NCBI GenBank assembly: GCA_028534125.1
Contig: CM052817.1
Location: forward strand, 105,960,001-106,024,000
Origin: Lama glama
Lineage: Eukaryota
Reading direction: 5' to 3'
Length of the DNA stretch: 64,000 bases
The notes below the pieces were generated by a model that made no database searches, was not told the origin of the DNA, and saw only the letters and a program-made list of their open reading frames with translations. The position numbers were made by a program, and so were the translations under genes. Shown piece after piece: positions 37,172-50,579 of this stretch (the first letter of the stretch is position 1; the number at the start of each line of letters is the position of its first letter).

Positions 37172-38107
37172 AACTCAAAAGTTAACAAAAACTAAAAACA
37201 CTTTCCTATTGATTCCTTTTTAAGAATTTAATGGCACTAACTTTAAGACAGGAAGCAATTAAGTTTTATAGTAATAAAAATAATAATAGTAATAAGAATT
37301 TTGTATTATGATTGTCCAGGTAGTTATTATGTTTTCTCTGAATTAAAGTGTTATCAAGGAGCCTTTAAAAAATTATATTAGAAATTTATTTTTAATATTT
37401 ATATTAGAAATTCATTTCCAGATATTATAATCTGGTTAACATGTCTGTTTAGATAAAAGAAAATATACTTCTGGAAAGTAGGATAAAAACATTTTCTTAG
37501 AACTCAGAGTGAAAATAATAATGATAATAATAATGTTTCCTGTTAATGATACACAGTTTAGTTCAGTCTTTCTTTGATATCTTTTTCAACACTGTGTCTC
37601 TTTGTTTCTCTGAGAGTTTTGCTGTTCCCGGCTGTCAGGGATAAGCATTAAAACCTATAGGAATTCCTTTCCTGCCACTGCTTTCAACAGCTATACAAGA
37701 CCAGCACCAGGCTACAGGACTCTGGGGTCTCTAATAAAACTGAGTCAGCCTCCTCCATTCCTCGGGTCTATTAAGGGATGCTACAAGGATGTGATTGACA
37801 ATCATTATAGCTTCTAGCTTGAGAGTTTTAAAAATGCTTTCACATACATAAAATCTACATATCATTTGGGCTATTATTATAGCTTGAAGAAGCTGAATTC
37901 TCTTCCAGGGAGCCACACAAACTAGCAAAGATTCAATATGTATTATTGTAAGCAGTATGGCAAGAAAGAGCTCTTTGCAGATAAGAGCTCTTTACAGGGG
38001 GCCCTTTTGTCTTGTCACTAATATTTAACCAGGCACCCTCATGCTCTACTCATTTCTGGCCCTAGGCATCTTTCAAATCTTTTGATTATATCATACCTTG
38101 CTTAACC

Positions 38108-38517
38108 TGTTGGTTGTTTCTGTAGATCAAAGGAGTAGAAATGGAGAATAAGTAATTAACAGATGACCAGGTCTCTTCCCTCGCTTCCTGTGCAGTAATC
38201 TCATGAACAAACAGGGTGAACAAGATAACATCTAAGGAAAATTCACAAGTCTACAAGCCTGCACACAGTGTGGGATCGTGACAGCTCTGACCCCGTATCT
38301 CAGTGATTAACTGAGATTGCTTCCCCTTTTCCCTTCAAAACTTCATGGCTGAGCAGAATCTCAGCCCTGGTCTTTTTGTGGGTTTTTTGACACCGATTCC
38401 AGTATCTCCCCAGATGGCAAGCATTCTGATTAAAAGCAACTTTCCTTTCTGCCAACATTTGCCTCTCTCGAGTATTGATTTTTGAGTGATGAGCAGCTGG
38501 ACCTGAGCTTGGTGACA
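38108..38517 (+). mobile_element. ERV1-class LTR (5' boundary uncertain)
   Basis: ATTAAA at ~38429. Terminus 'gagcagctggacctgagcttggtgaca' resembles the end of the LTR at 13439. Confidence 0.75.
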
Positions 38518-40899
38518 CCATTTGTACATAAACTAACTCAAATATGCCACGGATTAATAGTATATTGGTCCCAGGGATAGTCCCTTGATCCAAACATGTA
38601 GGAACACAGTACTGCTTCATCTGAATATCATGACAAATAAATCAAACGTGCCTTTCCTGCTATTGCCTAAGACATTCTCTCTTGTGGATGGGGCACTTGG
38701 TCTATTCACTGGCCCTGTTGCCTTTCTGGGCACACAGCAAGGTCAAGTAAAACTAAGAGAAAAAAAATTATTGGAACCTATTCTGAATGTTTGGATTTTG
38801 TCATTCTGGACAGACTCCCTCCTGCAGACATCTACTTACATGTGGCAATTAATATTTCTCTTTCTCCTTCTCCTCCTCCTTTCTTTCTTGTTCTTCTCAA
38901 GTTTTTAATAGTCTTTCTGGCATTTTCGGTGGAAATTTTATTGTTAAAATGTCTTAAGTACTATACGTACCACAGCAAGAAAATATATTAGATATAGCTT
39001 AAATAGTATTTTCATGACAATGTATATTTTATTTTTATTTATTTTCTTTGTAATTGCAAAGAATATGCATTAACTAATTCATCCATTTAATCCACATTTA
39101 TTGAATATACATGACACAGATTAGCTTCTGTAATCCCAGAAATAAAGAGAAGAAAATAACTTCAAACCCCAAAGTATAAAAATATGAATCATACAGAGTA
39201 TAATGTGGACCAAAGTGAAGAAGCCTGATACAAACTGAAGTAAACTATTTTTTAGATTTTGGAAATAAATAAAACATTCTCTAGAATAAGGTGGCCCTCA
39301 ATAACCCATTCTAAAATTCTCTATTTTAAGTGGTAAGAGCCAGGTGTGTGGGGAGCCATAGAATAAAGACTGTTTAACCAGTGGTCCAATTGTAAAATCT
39401 GAAGAACAAAAATGGATAGCTGAAATGTAGGAAGCCAATTAGCATGTGGGTTTTATTTTCTACAAACCAGTCTCTTGATGAGAATGAGCCTGTCAAAATG
39501 AAAGAGTGATCATCAAATTGCTCTCTAAGAAATTGTGCCCTAATGTGCTTCATTTTGAGTCAAACTCCTTCCTGAATGAGTAAACCTAATTAAAAAGTGC
39601 CTCTGAAAAAGATAACATAGTAAGATCACTTTAGAGGGTATTTCAGACAAGTAATCCAATTTGAAGCCATTGTTTACTCCAATTCAGCCCTATTTCCTAT
39701 GAAGTACTGAGATAACCCATAAATGTTGAGCTGCTTGGCCCCACTGGACTTTAAAAGAACCAAAACTGTAGTAGCAACTAGAAGAGCAAGAAAAAACAGA
39801 GATAAAGGATGGAGGAAGAGAATTAAAAAAAAAAAATGTACACATGAAAAGAAAGCAGAGGAAGAGATTAACATTCTCCATGACTTCAAAGGAAAAAACA
39901 AAACCAAACCAGATCTGACAGCGTTCACATGTGCAAACTTTTCCACATACACTCACTGTCCTGCATTTACATGCCATAATTAGAGCAAGTAAAATATAAT
40001 ATAATGGATAAAAACCTGGCCAGGGTAAGATAAAACAAGCTCTTCTGTTAAGCGATCTCCCTTTACAAAAATAGTAAGTGACAAACATATGTAATTTATC
40101 TTCTTTCAGGATGCCCTGTTTTCTCTCTGGGGAAGCATCATTTGCTAACCAAAAGCTCAAATGCAGACCATTCTGGTGTTGCTCATCTTCAGTTCCTTTC
40201 TTTGTGAAGTCTCATTTGCTTTCTGCCAACACCATCAGGTACCTTACTTGCATCTGACTTCTTGACCCAGTTAAATTGCCTTCAGCTCCGCATGACAGAG
40301 ATCAGGACTTAAAAACCCATGTCTCCTTTGGCCAGAGGATCATCTAAAACTCCAACTGGAGATGCTCAGTACATAGCAATTGCATTGAAAGTGTAGATAT
40401 TACTGGAATTCGATGCTTATGACATACTTTTCTTTCTCCTACTTCCTGGCAAGATTAGGGAAGTGTTTTCATTATTTTTAGTAAGAAGTATGGAAAATCT
40501 CAGAACTGATTATAGTGTTATAGTCAGTAAGTGAAAATTAATTATTAAGAAAAAACTTTCACTAAAACTTGAGTCAAGCGAAACCACTTTTATCCTTAAT
40601 TTTATACCTGAACATTTGTAAAATTGTCATTTATGTATCTCCATTGTTTATTCTGATCATAGCAAGTGCTTTCATATTTATCAACAATTTAGTTTTGACT
40701 AGGAAACAAAGATGTATATATAAAACTATTTATAGAGTACACCACAGCATTAAGTTCTAATACAAAAAGAAATGTATAAAGCCAGTCTGGCAAGGAAGGT
40801 TACTTAAATAAAATATAGTATCCCATATGAACATCACGAGAGAGAAATCTCAATTTGCCATGTGATTTTGCAGTTGTTTTTTGTGTATTTTCATTGGTG

Positions 40900-42045
40900 G
40901 TATGAGGCAATACCCTACTCTCAGTAGTATGATAATATATTTTTTTGGAATTTAATTTAAATTTCATTACTACACTGTAAACACAATTTCAAAAAGTCAA
41001 TTATTTTTACAGGGCTCAAAACACAAGCTACTGTCCTCTGTCCCATGTCTAACTTTCTCTCAGTTTCTCCTTCAGCGAAGCAAACATTTTTAACTCATCC
41101 AGTAGTCTATTCTGCTACTTTCCTTCATTTTAATGACATCATATTTGTAATTCTTTGTTTTAAAGTTTTAGATACTACAAATTTACTTTCTATCCCAGAG
41201 CTTAGAATTTTAAAATCAGCTTTAAATTTTTTAACATTTTAATTATTACTTTTCAAGTTAATTTTATGCATTCTCTTACATTAGGTGCTCCTAATACAAC
41301 AGAAATGTATATCAGCATTATTTTCATTCTACCATTTCCCTGTTTCTGTCATAATTTTAGTGTAAATCTATAGTCTGTATTTACAAATATCAAAATGATA
41401 ATTTTTTCAAAACTGAAGCATACATTATGCTTCCTCTCTAAGGCAACATTGTTTTCCCTGGGAATTTAGAATATTCTATTTTTTAGGATGGATTCTTGGA
41501 TTTTCCATGCAAAACGTAATTTCAAACTCAAATTCTAAAATAAATTACAGTTGTACTTTGAATAATTAACAAGCATAGAATAATTTATTTTATCTTTTTT
41601 TAATGAATATATGCCTCTGTATCTCTGAATCCTACTAGTCGCATTGTGGTTTGCACTCAAACTACACCTCCAAGCCTTAACATACAATATGCCTTCAGTT
41701 TGCCTGGAAAATCTCATTTCCTCTCTTCTAAGATCAACCTCTTTTCTTACTCCCATATCCCTCTTCATCTTTTCATCCCACTGTTTTAGCTGATATGGAC
41801 ATTTTCAGTAATTAGGAATGTAAATATTTTGAGGAGTCCCCTTTGAAATACTTTAGTTTACTTTCACTCTCCAATGATAGTTTGTTGGATACAGTTATCT
41901 AGATTGAAAAGCATTTTCCCTGTGAATTATGAACACTTTCTAGAACTGCTACTGACAGATTTTATGTCACTCCTGATTCTTTCTGTGTGAACTCTTTCCC
42001 TCCTAACCCAACCTCAAAAGCTTTTAGAATCTTTAATTTGTATTC

Positions 42046-42088
<43 letters not shown>

Positions 42089-42240
42089 GTGGACATAGAA
42101 CTTTGTTTTATCTAACTTTCAGTTACTTCTATATGCATATCTATGTCCTTCAGTTCTGGGAAATATTCTTGTATTAGTTCTTTGAACATTTCTAACTCTA
42201 TTTCCTCTACTCTAACATTCTATTTTTTTTTAATAAGTCA
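40900..42240 (-). mobile_element. Highly decayed L1M fragments
   Basis: T-rich, with antisense L1 motifs such as 'atgatagtttgttggatacagttatctagattgaaa' and 'gtccttcagttctgggaaatattcttgtatt'. Confidence 0.55.
42047..42088. repeat. (AAT)n microsatellite
   Basis: Directly visible. Confidence 0.95.
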
Positions 42241-42259
42241 AAGGATTCCCTAAAATTAT

Positions 42260-43408
42260 TTTTTCTATTTTATTTTTATTATAATCTTTATTGGAGTATA
42301 GTTGGTTTATGATAGTTTTAGGTGTATAACACAGTGATTCAATATTTTTGTAGGTTATACTGCATTTAAAGCTATTACAAAATCATGGTTATATTTCCCT
42401 GTGCTATATAACATATTCTTGTTGCTCATTTATTTTATACATGATAGTTTGTGTCTCTTAATCCCTCATACTGCTCTTGTTCTTCTATCCTTCCCTCTCC
42501 CCAATGGTAACTCCTAGTTTCATCTCTGTATATGAGTCTGTTTCTTTTCTGCTACATTTATTTCTTTGTTTTATTTTTAGATTCTACCTATAGTGATAAC
42601 ATAGAGTATTTGTCTTTTCCTGGCTAATTTCACTAAGCATAATACACTTTAGGTCCATACATGTTATTGTAAATGGAATAATTTTCTTCTTTTTTATGGC
42701 TCAGTAATATTTCATTGTATATATATTACACATGTATACATATATATATATATCTCAAATCTTCTTTATACAATCATCTGTTGGTGGACACTTAGGTTGC
42801 TTCCATATCTTGGCTATTTAAAATAATGCTGTTTTGTACATTGGGGTGTATGTATCTTTTTAAATTATTGTTGTCTTTTATTTATTTTTTTTTTTTTGGA
42901 AAGCAAAATTTCAAGAGTGAAGTTGCTGGACCATATGGTAGTTCCATTTTTAGGTTTTTGAGGACCCTCCATACTATTTTCCATAGTGGCTACATTAATT
43001 TACATCCCCATCAACAGTGTACTAAGGGTCTCTTTTCTCCACATCCTTGCCAATGTTTGTTATTGGTTGACTTTTTGATGGTAGCCATTTTGACAGATGT
43101 AGGTTAGCATCTCACTGTGGTTTTAATTTGTGTTTCTCTAATGATTAGAGATGTTGAGCATATTTTCATGTGCCTGACAGTCATCTACATATCTTCTTTG
43201 GAAAAATATCTATTCAGGTCTTCTGCCCATTTTTTTTTTAATTGAGTTGTTTGTCTTTTTGATATTGAGTTGTATGAGCTGTTTATATATTTTGGATATT
43301 AACTCCTTATTGGTCATATCATTTGCAAATATTTTCTCCCATTTAGAAGCTTATTTTCATTTAGTTGATGATTTCTTTGTTGTGCAAAACTTAAATTTAA
43401 TTAGGTCT
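42260..43408 (-). mobile_element. 5'-truncated artiodactyl-type L1 (ORF2 end and 3' UTR)
   Basis: Colinear with the element at 136-1506 ('ggacacttaggttgcttccatatcttggctatt', 'caacagtgtactaagggt', 'tttaattaggtc'). Confidence 0.93.
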
Positions 43409-44621
43409 CCCCCACTTTTATGTATTATCTCTATTGTCATTGTCATACAAATTCAATTTATGGCAGTGCCTTGAGTTATGTATTATATAGCCTACATTTA
43501 TTGATTGAAGAGTGTCAGATTAATCTTGTTTTCTCTCTCTTCTTGTTCTGTCTAAATTCGTATGTCTACATTGTATCATCAATTTTGAAATAGTTGAATG
43601 TACGGTAGACAGGCATCATGACTGGATCTAAACTTATACACCAGTAACTTAAAAAGTAAATAAATTTTATCTGAAAGAACCATTTTATAAAATTTATATC
43701 AGAAAATATGATATGTGGTTGATTTGTCTATTGATTCCTATTATTTTCTTCTTAAAGTTGGGCTAAATGATTTTAAAAAAATAAGTTTTCATAGAAGTTT
43801 CTTATCATTAAAATTTGATACCTCTTTAATCTTAGAACATTTAACCGTTTTCTTCAGTGAGTTCATTTCTCCAGTCAATAATATCTTTTGTTCATGACTT
43901 TTTGACAAACTTTACCATTCTAACTTATCCAATAATATTAGAAAAGTGTTGTCTATTTTAAATTTAAAAAGAGCCAAGTAGTGAACTCTTTCAAGAGAAA
44001 AATAGCCAAGATAAAGTTAAGTAGTATAACTGAATGCAAACATAATAACTGAAAGAGAACAATTTTCAAACTTTTGTTTTGCATTTTATTTATTTATTTG
44101 CATCAAGCAATGATCACTTATCCCAGTATAAAGAGAATTTAGTCAAGGAAGATTTTTGTTGGTTTTATTTTTGAAAAGAGAAATTTAGTTTGTCTATTAG
44201 CTGGAAAGCAAATAAATCCATAAATATAGTAAGTTGTAATTGAACATAATCAACTTTTAAAACTATAAGGGCTAAATACAGAATGCTAAACTTCAAGGTT
44301 TTTTGTTTGTTTGTTTACTTTTTTAAAAAAAATTCTTTGACTAACTAAAGGAAATACTAGGTACCTGCTTCAGTCAATGAGGACAAATTGAAAGCATTCA
44401 ACATGTCATAATACAAATGTTAACATGTTAATACTCTTCATATCTTGGGACTATTTTTTTTTAAGTGTTGAATCTATTTTATAATTAATATGTTTTATTA
44501 TATGCTTTTAAAATTAATATGAATTGCTTTTGTAATTTAAAATTTTTTAAAGATACATTTTAAAATTGTGATGTAAGTGTCCAAAACTTGAAATATTTAA
44601 GATAGTCTAGAATACCTGGAA

Positions 44622-44905
44622 TAGAGTTCACAAATGCAAACATACATATGAACCAGGCAAGAAAAATAAATTCTGAAGTAACTGGTTTTAACTACACATG
44701 CATTCCATATGTTTTGAACCTTAGGAACTGTAATAAAATGAACGTAGTCTTGTGTTGCCTGATTTACTAATTTGTCAAGAGAAATTCAAAATCTATTATA
44801 TAAATAAAAATTTTAAATACTGTACTGGATAAACTCTATAAAAGCATAAATAAGAAGCACACATTTACACACCAAAACTAGTCCACAGACCATTATTTGA
44901 ACCCG
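44622..44905. mobile_element. MER102-like hAT-Charlie MITE, diverged
   Basis: 'agagttcacaaatgcaaacatacatatgaaccaggcaag...gtgttgcctgattt..ttgtcaagagaaattcaaaatc'. Confidence 0.5.
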
Positions 44906-45692
44906 TACATCAAATAGTGTAAAAATATAAATATTGTTTCATCTCCTAGCAAAAAGTCATTAGAAGTTCTTTAAGGAAAGAAGACTGATTTATTGGCAAT
45001 TTGAATAGATGTTGATTATTGATAATGGAAACCAGAATTTCCCATTTGCATCTTTCATCTTGAGTATAAGGAAGGATATTTTGATAGTTTTGTGCTACTA
45101 AATTCTTTTAACCTTTTGAGCTGCTCATGTAAAAGTAACCTTACTCCGATCTCTTTTCTATCTTTTTGGAAAACATGAGGGATTTGCTTTCATCTTTCGT
45201 GCTACCACACTTCACATTCTTTGCTTAAGTGTACAGTTTCTGTTTCCTGATGGTTAAAAATACTAACATTGCCTATGCTCCACATTTCATTCATTTATTT
45301 TTCACTATTTGAGTATTAGCTAGGAGTAATGTCAATTCTGAGAGACCCTACCTGAAGCTGTAGAATGGGGTTTTTATTAACAATTTTGAACAAGACTCAA
45401 TGGTTCAGAATGGTAGTTTATGTGATAACCTTGTTGATAAATAACAGAAAGAGTAGCCTGAACTAAGTCCAAAGTCATAGTTTCTCCCCCACCTTTTTTT
45501 TTTTTTTGTAACATTTGGTAAAGCTGTCTCAGCTCAGCAGTACACATCACTGAACTGAGAGAATCAGTGACCTGAAAGATTAAATGGACAAAGAAGCTGT
45601 TAAATGCCCTTGATATCCTGATAATGTTTAAGTATTACTTAAAACATCACCTTAGGTTTCCCCTTAAGGTAAAAACTTACATAATTACCATC

Positions 45693-46238
45693 TGTATTAG
45701 CTACCTATTGCTGCGTAACAAATTACCACATGCTTAATGGCTTAAAACAACGCATGTAGGTTATCTCCCAGTTTCTATGGTTCAGAAGTTTTCAGATGCG
45801 GGTTGATGGCTTTTCTGCTTTAGGGCTTCACATGAGGCATAATCAAGATGTTGGTCAGGATGGATTCTTTATTTGAGAATTTGAGGGGAAGGGTCTATTT
45901 CCAAGCTGGCTCGAAAGGTTTTTGACAGGATTTAATTCCTTTGAGGTTGTTGGACTGAAGATCTCATGCCCTCATTGTTGGTGGAAGGTCCCCCTCATTT
46001 TATTTCCACATTAAGTTCCTCAGGGTGGCAACTTGCATGGGAGGGAATCTGCTGGCAAAATGAGAGCTGTAACTACATAACAGTATCACAGAAAAATATA
46101 ATGCCATTATCTTAACATACTGTGTTGGTTGAAAGCAAGCCTCACATCCTGTCCCATTCAAAAGGAGGGGATTACACAAAGGCATGGATGCCATTTCAAA
46201 GGCACCTTTAGGAACCTTCTTAGGATCTGTCCTCTACA
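45693..46238 (-). mobile_element. MLT1 (E/F-like) MaLR LTR, apparently complete
   Basis: 'tgtattagctacctattgctgcgtaacaaattaccac...ggcttaaaacaac...ggaggggattacacaaaggcatg...cctctaca'. Confidence 0.88.
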
Positions 46239-47286
46239 TGATCTGTCAATGAGTTTCTGAAAACCTAAAGTGAGTCCCCTTTGAATTCTGCAGCAGAAGA
46301 ACTTGGCCAGTTTCTTTCTTGGTTTGTCACATAAGGCAAATACATTAAATTTAATTAAATATCTATCTATATGTACATATCTATTTAGTGAGCATATTTT
46401 TATATACACATATAGTATTTATTCACATATGTATTATATATATCTAGCAGATTTAGCATAAAAGATAAAATATGATCAGTACAATTTTAAAAAAAATTCA
46501 ATTTGCCATTTCCTAAAAACAAACAGAAACAAATGTGAAAACAATATTATCAATATGAAAAAGACATGAGTTGATGTTTAGATGGAGTAAGAATGGCAGA
46601 ATGTGAGTGAAAACTTTTACATTTGGATTCCAGCAGTTAATCATACATTTTTACAGACCTACAACCGCAGCCTTCAAACTCATAGATTCCAGGACATTCT
46701 CTGTTTTTGTGCTATTGAAAAGTTGCTTGATAAGATTTAAATTAGTCATCTGGGAAATGTACTCTGCAGGCCAAACCAGTTAAGAATTACATTAAAAGCA
46801 CCACTGCTGAAACTTCTCTTATCAATTCAATTTCATCAGCTCTATGAATATGATCTAGTGGAACTTGACCCAAACTGTAATATAAACTTAAACTCTTAAA
46901 TTTTCTTTTTTAAATTACAGAAGATAGTACAGAGTTCCCACATGCCTTTCCCCCTGCTTGCCCTAACACTGCTTAGATAATCTTAGTGCACTTATCTAAA
47001 CTAAGACATTGACCCTGGTATGATACTGTTATCTAAACAAAGACTTTATTCACATTTCTTGATTTTTTTTCCTATTAATATCCTTTTCCCATTTTAGTGT
47101 CAATCCAAGTCATCAAAGTACATTTAGCTATCACGTCACTTTAGGTTCTTTCAAATCTCTGACTGTTTCTCAGTTTTTCTTTTTTTCTTGTTAATGACCA
47201 TGGCAGTTGTGGAGAATATTTTTAGAATGTTCCTTGGTTTGAGTTTGACTAATATGTTTTCATCATTAGACTGGGTTTCCAGATTT

Positions 47287-47360
47287 CTAAAAAAAAGTTT
47301 TAAATTCTTTTTTGTTTTTTGGGGGGGAGATAATTAGGTTTATCATCATCATCATCATCA

Positions 47361-47398
<38 letters not shown>

Positions 47399-47476
47399 TT
47401 ATTTAGTGGAGATGCTAGGGATCAAACCTCATACATGCTAAATATACGCTCTTCCACTGAGTTATGTCCTCCCCTT
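47287..47476 (-). mobile_element. vic-1-type SINE with (ATC)n(ATT)n expansion and perfect TSD
   Basis: Degenerate tRNA head at ~47405-47474. 15-bp TSD tgggtttccagattt at 47272-47286 and 47477-47491. Confidence 0.9.
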
Positions 47477-47969
47477 TGGGTTTCCAGATTTTTGAGAAGA
47501 CTACAAAAGAGATAATATTATTTATTTTATTTTTATTTTGACATTATTCCATCAAAACACTTTTTCAGTTTACTCAAGTTGGATCTTTTCTTCCCTACCA
47601 CCCTCACTAAAGTCACATGCTACATTTGTAATACAGTTAGATCTATTTCAGTTTAAATTTTATCTCAGATCCATGACATCTGATTGATTTTTTTGCTTAA
47701 CTTGCATACAGTAAGTGCCACTTATTTTGTGTATAGTTCTATGTGCATTGATAAATACATAGAGACATGTCCACTACCAGAGTATTATAGAGAACATTTG
47801 CAACACCTAATTTTCCACACGTTTGATCTTATTTTGTTTACTATTCTGTAGTCCCTCAACTCCTTGCAACTAATAGTCTTCCTTATCTATACTTTTATTT
47901 TCTTCTAGAATCTCATTAAAATGTAATCATTCAGTTTGCAATCTTTGCCGGCTGACTTCTCACCTAACA

Positions 47970-48190
47970 CGATTGTTCTTGACCGTGGGTGATTCTGATT
48001 GCCCTGAAGCATTGAACAATGTCTGAATTCATTTTTCACTGTTACAACTGAGGAAATGATATTGATGTCTGGTAAACAGAGGACATTGACACTGTTAAAT
48101 AAATGCCCTTTGATGGATGCACAAGAAAGTTGACCACAACAAAATATTATTCTGGCCAAAATGTCAATAGTGCCAAGGTTGAGAAATCTG
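47970..48190 (+). mobile_element. MER20 hAT-Charlie MITE
   Basis: Ends 'acaacaaaatattattctggccaaaatgtcaatagtgccaaggttgagaaatctg'. 8-bp TSD acctaaca / acctacca (7/8), the size expected for hAT. Confidence 0.9.
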
Positions 48191-48789
48191 ACCTACCAAA
48201 ATTCATTTATGATACATTCTTATTGTTGCCTGAATCAATAGCTCGTTCCTTTTATTGGTGAATGATATTACACTGAGAATATGAACCAGTGTTTGTTTAT
48301 CCATTCACAAGTTCAAGGACATTTTGATTGTTTCCAGTTTAAGCAATTATTAATTCCGGTGCTATAAAAATTCCTCTGCAGTTTTGATGTGAAATAAGTT
48401 ATTAGCTCACTTGGATAAGTACTAAAAATGAGATTCTTGGGAACTGTGGTCAGTGTTATATAATATTATAAGGAATTGTTGTCCAAAGTGGCAATGCCAT
48501 TTTGCATTCCAGCAGACAAGAAATTATTTCTATTGCTCCATGTATTTTTTTTTTTAATGAGACTAGAAAATGACTTTATTAGGGGTACGCTGCCATAGAC
48601 AACAGCAGGACAGGATGAGATCTGGTTAATTAACTGCTTCAAGTTGCTACCTGTTGCTCTGGTTGAGCTTGAGTAACTTTAGGAAAAAATTCATCTATCT
48701 ATGGCCATGGTTAGAGCAGATATTAATTGCCCAGGTAAGGGACTCTCACTTAGTAAACTTACTATAATTATAATATTACTCACTATCTA

Positions 48790-49880
48790 GTACAATTCTT
48801 AGATTTGAAGTCTTATATTTTTCACCAATAATCGAATACCATTTCCTACAATATTTTCAGTCTATTTTTCTTTTCTTTTCATTGTTTCCAGTTGCACTAA
48901 CATTTGACTTCTTAATATTGCTCTATACTTCAGAGGTATGTTATTCACTTTCAGTCATATTCTCATTTCTGTGTGTTTTACAGTTCATTAATCATTTTCC
49001 TTCAATGTCTAAATATTTTTAATACTTTCAAATACACTCTTTATCTTCTATGTTTTTACTTAGCTTTTTCAACAAATAGAATACAAATAGTTACATAATT
49101 ACTGTTTAGTTATATGAGCTGTTATGTAAAATGTCATGCTAATTTCAATATTTAAATCAAATCAAGGTCAATTTCAATTGATTGGTTATTATTCATAATA
49201 TTCTGCTTCTTTGCATACTTATGGATTTTTGATTGGATGTGGCTATTGTTTTTTATCTTGGTGCTGCTAGTTATTTATTTCTATAAATATTCTTCAGCTT
49301 TATTTCAGGACACAGTGAAGATAATTGGATACAATTGGATGCTTTCACATGTTGGTTTTGATATCTTTTAACTTAGATATTCTTACTGCTTAGTTTCGGG
49401 TTATTTCTCCATATTGAGACAAGATTCATTTTAAAATGTCTAAATAAAATCTCAGCCATCATAAATACTTTTCAGTGTGACGTGTAGGAGCAAACTCTGT
49501 TCTCAAACCTGTATGAATACTAGATGCTGTTACCTTTAATCTTTTCAGGTAATTCCTTGGGGAGTTCCTTTGCATGTATGCTCAGTTGAATACAGGAGAA
49601 GCCCCCTCTCCAGAACCCCAGAACTCTCCAGCGTTCTCTCTCCGATCAGCTCTTCCTTCTCTCCATCACACTATCCTGAAAACTCTAACTTTCTTGCTCT
49701 CCCCCAAATCTCAGCTTGTCTCTTCAGTTCAGGGAGTTTACTAAGCTCTATGTGGGCCTTCTTCCTTGCATTGTGGGCTTGAAATTCTTTTATTAGGAAG
49801 GTGATTCAATTATGGAAATTACATTACCTTGTTTTTTATCTTTCAGGTTAGTTGCTCATCATTGCTTCTTATGTAGAGTT
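48790..49880 (-). mobile_element. Decayed L1M 5'/ORF1 region
   Basis: T-rich antisense L1-like sequence ('atattttcagtctatttttc', 'aatttcaattgattgg', 'ctgaaaactctaac'). Confidence 0.5.
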
Positions 49881-49894
49881 TCTTTATAATCAAT

Positions 49895-50043
49895 GTTTGT
49901 TTTTGTTTGTTTGTTTGTTTTTGGGGGGGAGTGGAGGTAATTAGGTTTGTTAATTTATTTACTTAATGGAGGTACTGGGGATTGAACCCAGGACTTCATG
50001 CATGCTAAGCAAGTGTTTTACCACTGAGTGATACCCTCCCCCT
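49895..50043 (-). mobile_element. vic-1-type tRNA-Ala SINE
   Basis: 'gaggtaattaggttt...aatggaggtactggggattgaacccaggacttcatgcatgctaagc...ccactgagtgataccctcccc' with a (GTTT)n tail. Confidence 0.93.
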
Positions 50044-50579
50044 CATTTTTTTTTTTTTGGTTGTTTCATGAAGAAGGGTAAATCCATTTCCTGTTACTCT
50101 ATCGTGGTAAGAAATAGAAATACTACCTTTCTTTTAAGGGGAAAAAATATTCCAAGGGTAACTTTGATTATAGTTAAAATAATAAAATTTATTGGAAATT
50201 AACTAATATATAAAATTTATTATCATGAACAGGAGGACTTAAAGGTTAAACCCAATATTTAAGTGAAGTCTTAACTTTATAATTATTTTTTAGCATTTAA
50301 TAACTTTTTGCAATTAAAATAATTTTACAATTATTCTTTATTATACTCTAATTTACTACATATATCAAATGGAATGTATTTTTCTTTTTTAAATAGAATA
50401 TTAAATTCTATTTATTTCTATTAAATTCTATTCCACAATAGAATATTTTTTTATATTTCTCTTTAAAAGACTCAAGTCTCAGCTCTAGATCTTTCTGCCC
50501 TCAGATTTATTCACTTGTTTTTCTCCTAACCTCTATATCAGAAGGATTGTTTGCACCACACAGTTTATTATACAATTTC

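Larger units (their letters stand above)
46900..48544 (-). mobile_element. Old L1 (MB/MC/MD-like) 3' regions interrupted by a SINE and MER20
   Basis: 'agatagtacagagttcccacatgcc', 'tttgtttatccattcacaagttcaaggacattttgattgtttccagttt' and 'tccaaagtggcaatgccattttgcattcc'. Confidence 0.8.

Noticed and set aside
39674..40160. Overlapping 86-156 aa ORFs
   Set aside because: Driven by A-rich/T-rich composition. No domain, no convincing splice context, and the longest uses a non-ATG start.
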